A stretch of 64,000 nt of DNA from IMG/VR virus record IMGVR_UViG_3300027771_000009, positions 1 through 64,000 of that record. One strand, written 5' to 3'. Source of the DNA: a virus. Positions 20,603 through 29,600 of the stretch are shown in pieces; position 1 is the stretch's first letter; every line of letters starts with the position of its first letter. The position numbers and the translations under genes were made by a program. The notes under the pieces are model-generated. The model saw nothing but the letters and a program-made list of their open reading frames with translations, ran no database searches and had not been told where the DNA came from.

Positions 20603-23600
20603 ATGAGTCAATTATTAAGCGGTAAGGTAAGAGTAGTTCGTCCGCAGGATGTATCGGATGATAGATATGAGTATTTATCGCTACAGGAAGCGGAACCTAA
20701 TTTAGGTATTCCACTAAGTGGGAGTATCGCAAGTGGCTCGGTTGCACTTATTGCGTCAGATGTAGATGGAAATCGTTTATTTATCACTAAAATCCAATTA
20801 GAAGAATTTAGTGGTTCATTTAGTGGTTCTTTTGCAGGTGATGGTTCCGAATTAAATAACCTACCTTTTTCAAGTCAATTAATAAGTGGGTCTGCATCCG
20901 CATCAATAGCACCAAACACTGGATTCTTAGTAAACGTATCTTCATCATTTGATGGTGATGTGGATGTGAATGGTGATGTTAGAGTTACTGGTGATTTATA
21001 TGTAGATGATAGAATAGTAGCTAGGGAAATCTTAGTAGAAATAGTATCATCATCAATTATATTCTCATCTGGTTCAAACAAGTTTGGTAACACACCAGAT
21101 GATTTGCAAGAATTTACTGGTTCAGTTGGAATGAATGGTTCGTTAAACGTAGAGGGTGATATCTCAACAACTAATGTAACCGCTTCAATCGTATCATCTT
21201 CACTTTTTATCGGAGATGGTAGCCAATTATTCAACCTACCAGCCGCAGAGCAATCATCAAGAATAGCAGATGGTGCAGTAAGTGCTTCGGTAGATAACGA
21301 AACCGGATTTATTGTAATATCAAAAGAAAGTGGTTCACAATTCACTGGTTCATTATTTGTAAGTGGTGGTATATCACTTGGAAGTGGTAGTGTATTTAGT
21401 GGTAGTGGGGCAAATCTATTTGATATACCAAAAGCAGCATTAACCCCTGATGCATTATTATCATCATTCATTACAAGCGGGTCTGTTACCGCATCTGTTG
21501 ACCCTAACTTTGGATTCAAATTAGAGGGTACCGATAGAGCAGAATTTAGTTCATCACTTTTCGTAAGTGGTGGAGTTTCATTAGGAAGTGGTTCAGTATT
21601 TAGTGGTAGTGGTGCGGATTTATTTGATATACCCCGTTCAGCACTTACACAAGATGCTTTATTATCCAATGTAATAGTAAGTGGTTCCGTAACCGCATCT
21701 GTTTCACCAAGCAAGGGACTTGTGGTAACTTCAATAGAAAGTGGTTCAACATTCTTCGGAGATATAAAATTACAAACTGGTTCATTTAGTGGTAGTGGGG
21801 CAAATTTATTCAACATACCCAGATCAGCAATAACTGAAGATGCTGATTTATCAACATTTATAACAAGTGGTAGTATAACTGCTTCTGTAACACCTGATGA
21901 TGGATTTGTTGTAACTTCAATAGAAAGTGGTTCAACTTTCTTTGGGGATGTTAGGGTAGAAAGTGGCTCAACCTTTAGTGGTAGTGGAGCAGATTTATTT
22001 GATATACCCCGTTCAGCATTTACTGGAGATGCATTTAGAATTGCTAGTGGTAGTGTAACTGCCTCTGTAACACCTAATGACGGATTTGTTGTAACTTCAA
22101 TAGAAAGTGGTTCAACTTTCTTCGGTGATGTTACATTATCATCTGGTTCAATATTTAGTGGTAGTGGTGAGGGGTTATTTGATATACCTCGGTCAGCACT
22201 TACTAACGATGCATTATTATCAACTGAAATTGTTACTGGTTCAATTACAGCATCGGTAACTCTTGAAGAAGGACTTGTAGTTACTTCAGTTGAGAGTGGT
22301 TCTACATTCTTTGGAGAAGTGAGAGTAGAAAGTGGCTCGGCATTTAGTGGTAGTGGTGAAAAGTTAAGAGATATACCATTTTCAGCACTTTCAACAGATG
22401 CACAAGATTCAATTACATCATTAGTATCTGATGAATCGAAAATATTAGTAAGTGGTTCGGTTTCTGCATCTGTTGATGCTGAAAATGGATTCATAGTAAC
22501 ATCAATCGCAAGTGGTTCAACTTTCTTTGGAAATGTAGGTGTAGCTAGCGGTTCTTCTTTTAGTGGTAGTGGTGCATTATTAAACGATATACCATTCGCA
22601 GCTATCTCAACAACATCTGATGATACATTTTCTTCAATAATCTCAGGCGATTCAAAACGATTGATAACTGGTTCCATAACGGCATCAGTTGATATAAATA
22701 AAGGATTCGTAATTGAATCGAAAGAAAAAGGAACTCAGATTACTGGTTCTGTTAATATTAGTGGTTCAATATCATCTTCAGTATTTGAAGGAGATGGTAG
22801 TGGATTAGTTAATATACCTCGCTCGGCACTTACTGAAGATGCACTTGTATCAACGGAAATTACTACTGGTTCCATAACGGCATCTGTAACACCAGAAAAT
22901 GGATTTACAGTAACATCAGTAGAACTTGGTTCTACATTTAGTGGTTCTATAAATGTTGATTTAGCAGTAACTGCGTCTGGATTCAAAGGTAGTGGTAGGG
23001 ATTTAACTGATATAGTAACTACACAATTAGTTAGTGGAGCTGTAATTGCTGATGTATCACCTGACGCTGGATTTAGAGTAGTATCTCAAACAGTTGGTTC
23101 ACAATTTACTGGTTCAGTAAGTGTGGATACATCAATGCAAGCTGTAACATTCGTATCAGCATCTACGTTTAAAGGTAGTGGTGCTGAATTAACTGATATA
23201 GTAATTACTGAAATAATAAGTGGAGCAGTTTCTGCAACGGTTACACCTGATGATGGATTTGTAGTAACCTCTAATGATAGTGGTTCTACATTTGTTGGTA
23301 GTGTTGATGTGGATGGTTTAGTTACTGTAACTGATTCAATTAACATAACAGGTAACGTATCCGCATCTATGTTTACTGGAAGTGGAGCTGGGTTATTCAA
23401 TATACCTCGTTCGGCACTTACTGAGGAGGCTTTACTAATAAGTGAAATTGTAAGTGGTAGTATAACTGCATCTGTATCACCTGATTCTGGGTTTACTGTT
23501 ACTTCAATAGAAAGTGGCTCAACCTTCTTAGGTGAAGTTAGAGTAGAAAGTGGGTTTACATTTAGTGGTAGTGGGGCAAATTTATTTAATATACCTCGCT

Positions 23601-26600
23601 CGGCACTTACTGAAGATGCTGATTTATCAACATTTATTACAAGTGGTAGTGTAACTGCATCTGTAACACCAGAAAATGGATTTGTTGTAACTTCGATAGA
23701 AAGTGGTTCTACATTTAGTGGTTCTGTATTTTTATCATCCGGCTCATTCTTTAGTGGTAGTGGAGAACAGTTATTCGATATACCAAAATCAGCAATATCT
23801 GATTTAGATACTTCATTAATATTTAGTGGTAGTGTATCTGCTTCAACTAGACCATCTACCGGTTTTACTGTTACTTCAATAGAAAGTGGCTCAACCTTCT
23901 TAGGTGAAGTTAGAGTAGAAAGTGGTTCCGTATTTAGTGGTAGTGGAGAAAAGTTATTCGATATACCAAAATCAGCAATATCTGATTTAGATAGTTCATT
24001 AATTTTTAGTGGAAGTGTAACCGCATCGGTTGAACCTACTGATGGATTTATTGTAACATCTATCGTAAGTGGTTCAACATTCTTCGGAGATATAAAATTA
24101 CAAACTGGTTCATTTAGTGGTAGTGGTGCTAAACTATTTGATATACCAAGAACAGCACTAACCCCTGATGCATTAGTTAGTACATTAATTACATCTGGTT
24201 CGGCAACGGCATCTATTTCACCAAACTTTGGGTTTGTTGTTAACACCTCATCATCTATTGAAGGTGATTTAACTGTTGATAATGATTTATATGTAGGTGG
24301 AGCAATAAACGCAACTGAACTTAATGTAACATTCATAAACTCAGAAGTAATTTATTCTTCTGGTTCAAATCAGTTTGGTGATAGTATTACTGATAGACAA
24401 GAATTTACTGGTTCTATAAACGTTAGTGGTTCACTTAACGTTGATGATGGAATCATTGGTGGTGATGGTAGTGGTCTATTTAATATACCACAATCAGCAT
24501 TAACTGAAGCTGCAACCTTAATCGCAACTGGTAGTGTAACGGCATCAGTACATCCGATACGTGGGTTTGAAGTAAATTCAAAAAGTAAATTTGAAGATAC
24601 TCTAACTATTACTGGTAGTTTAATTGTAAATAACCAAAATAGAGTAACAGATAATTTAACTAAAGTAATTACAGTACAATCTACTGATGCTGGTAACAAA
24701 TATTTTGTAGATGGTATTTTAAGACCTCTTATTTACTTAACTGTTGGTAACACTTATACGTTTAATCAATCAGATTCAAGTAATTCAACTCATGAAATAA
24801 GATTCTCCACTACCGATGATGGTACGCATGGTGGTGGTAGTTCATATACAACGGATGTAGATAATGGTAGTATAGCAGCTGGAACTAATGGTTCTGCAGT
24901 TACTATTGAAATAACTTCAGAGACACCAACAACTTTATATTATTATTGTTTAAATCACTCTGGAATGGGTGCTAGTACTTTACAATTAAATGTATTCCCA
25001 TCATCAAATTCATTAATTGAAGATGATGTTAAAATAAGTGGTTCATTAATTGTAACTGAAAATATAACTGCAAATATAATAAACGCTGAACAATATAGTG
25101 GTTCATTCTTTAGTGGTAGTGGACGGGATTTATTTGATATACCATTCTCTAATTTAACTGGAGATGCATTCAAAATCGTAAGTGGTTCAGTAACCGCATC
25201 AGTTTCACCAAATGATGGATTTGTAGTAACCTCAAAAGATAGTGGTTCACAATTTACTGGTTCATTATTTATAAGTGGTGGAGTTGAAATAAATAGTGGT
25301 TCATCGTTTAGTGGTAGTGGTGAGAATTTATTCAACATACCTTTAGCAGCATTTACACCGGCTGCACAAGATGCAGTTGATGCTATCTTATCGTTCGAAG
25401 CTGGTAGAATATCAACTGGTAGTGTAACGGCATCGGTTGATGTTGAAAGAGGATTCATCGTAGATTCTGTAATTAGTGGTTCTACTTTTAGTGGTTCATT
25501 ATTTGTAAGTGGTGGTATTAGTGTAATTAGTGGTTCTGTATTTAGTGGTAGTGGTGCTGATTTATTTGATATACCATTTACCGCACTTTCGCAAGAAGCT
25601 ATTAACGCACTTATATCTACCGAAATAAAAAGTGGTAGTGTTACAGCTTCAGTTGCACCTGATACTGGATTTGTAGTAACTTCTATTGAAAGTGGTTCTA
25701 CATTTACGGGTTCAGTTGATATTAGTGGTTCAATCTCAGCTTCATTATTTGAAGGAGATGGTAGTGGATTAACAAACATACAATTGGCAAACTTATCGTT
25801 AGAGATAAGTCAAATAACATCTGGTTCTGTAACTGCATCGGTTGACCCAATTGAGGGATTTGTAGTAACATCATTAGATAGTGGTTCTACATTTACAGGC
25901 TCAGTTGATGTAAGTGGTTCATTTACTGTTACTGGTGGGATTATAACTGGTGATGGTAGTGGTATTACAAATATTGATTTGGCTAACTTATCGATTGATG
26001 CATCCAGTATCTTTACGGGTTCAGTTACTGCATCTGTAAAAGAAGATGGTCGATTTATAGTTGAAGATTCCACACACGTAGTTAAATCAGAATTTAGTGG
26101 TTCAATATTTGTATCAGAATCTGTAATAGCTAGAGCATTTATTGGTGATGGTAGCCAAATTACAAATGTACAAGCCGCAGCATCCCCAAAGATAGCTAGT
26201 GGTTCGGCAACCGCATCAGTTGAGAGTGGTGAGTTCTTCATTGTAAACTCATTTAGTGGTTCACAATTTACATCATCAGTTGATATTAGTGGTTCTGTAT
26301 CAGCATCACTGTTCATTGGTGATGGTGGTGGTTTATTCAATATTCCATTAGATGCACTTGAAGATTTACAATTAGTAAAAATTAACTCTGGTTCCGGTGA
26401 AGCAATAATTGACCCTGATAAGTTATTTGTGAATGTTCCAATAACCGCATCTCGATATGATGGTGATGGTAGTGGATTATTTAACATACCAGCGGAATCA
26501 TTACAAGATTTAAAATTAGATAAAATTGAAAGTGGTTCAGCTGTTGCAATTATTTCACCTGATAGAGGGTTAGAAATAAATGTAGGAGTTAGTGTATCTC

Positions 26601-29600
26601 AATCACTTAGTGTAAGTGGTGGGTTATTCATAACTGGTAGTGATGTTATTGCTGCAAGTGGTTCAACATTCGTTGGTGATGGTAGTGGGTTAAGTAATAT
26701 TAACATCGCTAACTTAGCATTTGAAACTTCCTTATTAGAAAGTGGTAGTGCAACTGCAGAAATTTCACCAAACTTAGGATTACAAATAAACACATCAGCA
26801 TCCATTAGTGGAGGATTGAGTGTAGAAAAAAATATATACTCACCAATTATTAATGGTGGGCAAATTACTGGTTCACTTTATGGTGGGTACTATGGTGAAG
26901 GCGATGCAGTAGATAGGGATATTCTTATTTATGATGATGCTCGTTCTAAATATGTACCTGTACCTGAATCAACACCAACAATTGCTGAACCATTTACAAA
27001 CGTAACTGAGGTAACTATTGTACACAACTTTGATGTTGAATATCCAATAGTACAGGTTTACGAAACTGGTTCAAATGGAATGATTATTCCACAAGCTATT
27101 GAACCTCTTAATAGTAACTCTATTAAAGTAACCTTTAGTGGATTGACAAGTGGACACGTTGTTGTTGGTAGTGGAGGTTCTAAAATAAGTGGAGCAGTTA
27201 GTGGAGATAATGTAATTGGAATTGTACCATCGGCATCTAGAGCAAGTTCAGCACTTATTGCGGATACTGCAACAAATGTTGCTGGATTAGATTCAGCATC
27301 TATTGCTTTACTTAATAATTTAGAAAACTTTGTATTAAACGAACAAACCGCATCTATGACGGTGTTGAGTTCATCGTTCGCTCTTACCGCATCATATGCA
27401 TTAAACGCAGCTTCATCTGATTCATCTGGTGATATTAGTAGTGATATAACTGCTTCTATGAGTGTTGCAACCGCATCATACTCACATTACGCATTAACTG
27501 CTTCTTACGCATTAAATGCTGGAGAAGCTGGTGGGGGTGGAGATTTAACTTCGGCACAAACGGCATCGATGTATGTTTACTCATCATCTTTTTCCTCAAT
27601 TGCAGAATTTGCTTTAAACGCTGGTGGTAGTGGAGCTGGATTCCCATTTGAGGGATATGCTGAACTAACTGGTAGTTTAGATATAAGTGGTAGTTTAATA
27701 ATCACAGGTAGTACGTTTATACAAAACTTAGAAAGTGGTTCATCTGATTTCGTAGTAACATATAACGAAACAACTGGTAGATTAGAAAAAAGAGATATAG
27801 AAGCAGCGCAAGGCGCCGATGGTACTTCTGGTAGTAGTGGTACATCTGGTAGTAGTGGTACATCTGGTTCATCGGGTACTTCTGGTTCATCTGGAACATC
27901 TGGTTCAGATGGTACATCTGGTTCATCTGGTACTTCTGGTACTTCTGGAACTTCTGGAACTTCTGGGACAAGTGGTACGAGTGGTACTTCTGGTTCTTCT
28001 GGTTCGTCTGGTTCAAGCGGAAGTAGTGGTAGTTCTGGAACGAGTGGTACAACTGGTACTTCTGGTTCATCTGGAACATCTGGTACTTCTGGAACATCTG
28101 GTACTTCTGGAACATCTGGTTCATCAGGCTCAAGCGGTAGTAGTGGAAGTAGTGGAAGTAGTGGTTCATCTGGTACAACTGGTTCGCATGGAACATCTGG
28201 TTCTTCTGGTTCTTCAGGCTCAAGCGGAAGTGGTGGTACATCTGGTTCATCTGGTAGTAGTGGAACATCTGGTTCATCTGGTAGTAGTGGTACATCTGGT
28301 TCATCCGGTTCATCTGGAACATCAGGTTCTTCTGGTTCTTCTGGTTCTTCTGGAACATCGGGTTCAACCGGTAGAGAAGGTGGTAGATTATACACAGTAA
28401 CCAACAATGGCTTTAATTATTCTTTTGCTGGATATGTTGGAAATTTCCCAACATTAACATTAGTAAAGGGAGAACTTTATTACTTCGATGTAAGTGGCGT
28501 AAGTATATCTCACCCATTCGCTATACGATTAGCAGATGGTGATTCAACATCAGTACCTGGTATTGATAATAATGATACTGTTAGTGGAAAGTATGGTACC
28601 GATGTATTAATAAAATATAGAGTTCCCGAAGATGCTCCTAATAGTATAGTTTATCAATGTGTTAATCATTCTGGGATGATTGGAACGATTAGTATTGTAA
28701 ATAAAAATGGTACTTCTGGTACATCTGGTTCATCTGGTACTTCTGGAACGAGTGGGAGTAGTGGTTCGTCTGGAACTTCTGGAACATCTGGTTCTTCTGG
28801 AACATCTGGTTCTTCTGGAACATCTGGAACTTCTGGTTCAGCAGGTTCAGCAGGAACGAGTGGAAGTAGTGGTACATCTGGTACAAGTGGTAGTAGTGGA
28901 AGTAGTGGAACATCTGGTTCTTCTGGAACGAGTGGTACATCAGGTTCATCTGGTTCGTCTGGAACGAGTGGAAGTAGTGGAACATCTGGAAGTAGTGGTT
29001 CATCTGGTTCATCTGGAAGTAGTGGTACTTCTGGTACATCTGGAACTTCTGGTAGTAGTGGAAGTAGTGGTTCTTCTGGAAGTAGTGGAACATCTGGAAG
29101 TAGTGGAACATCTGGTTCATCTGGTAGTAGTGGTAGTAGTGGAAGCAGTGGTTCTTCTGGAAGTAGTGGAACATCTGGAAGTAGTGGATTGAGTGGTAGT
29201 AATGGAACTTCTGGTTCTTCTGGTTCAAGTGGAACGAGTGGGGAGAGTGGTTCTTCTGGAACTTCTGGGACATCTGGAACGTCTGGGACATCTGGGACAA
29301 GTGGAGAAGCTGGTTCATCGGGTACATCTGGAACAAGCGGTACATCTGGTGTAAGCGGTTCTTCTGGAACTTCTGGAACTTCTGGAACTTCTGGGACAAG
29401 TGGAACTTCTGGTGAAGCTGGTTCATCTGGAACGAGTGGTACGTCTGGTTCTTCTGGAACAAGCGGTACTTCTGGAACGAGTGGTAGTAGTGGTTCTTCT
29501 GGTACATCTGGTACTTCTGGTTCAAACGGAACATCTGGTACATCTGGTACATCTGGTAGTAGTGGTACATCTGGTTCATCTGGTTCATCTGGTTCATCGG

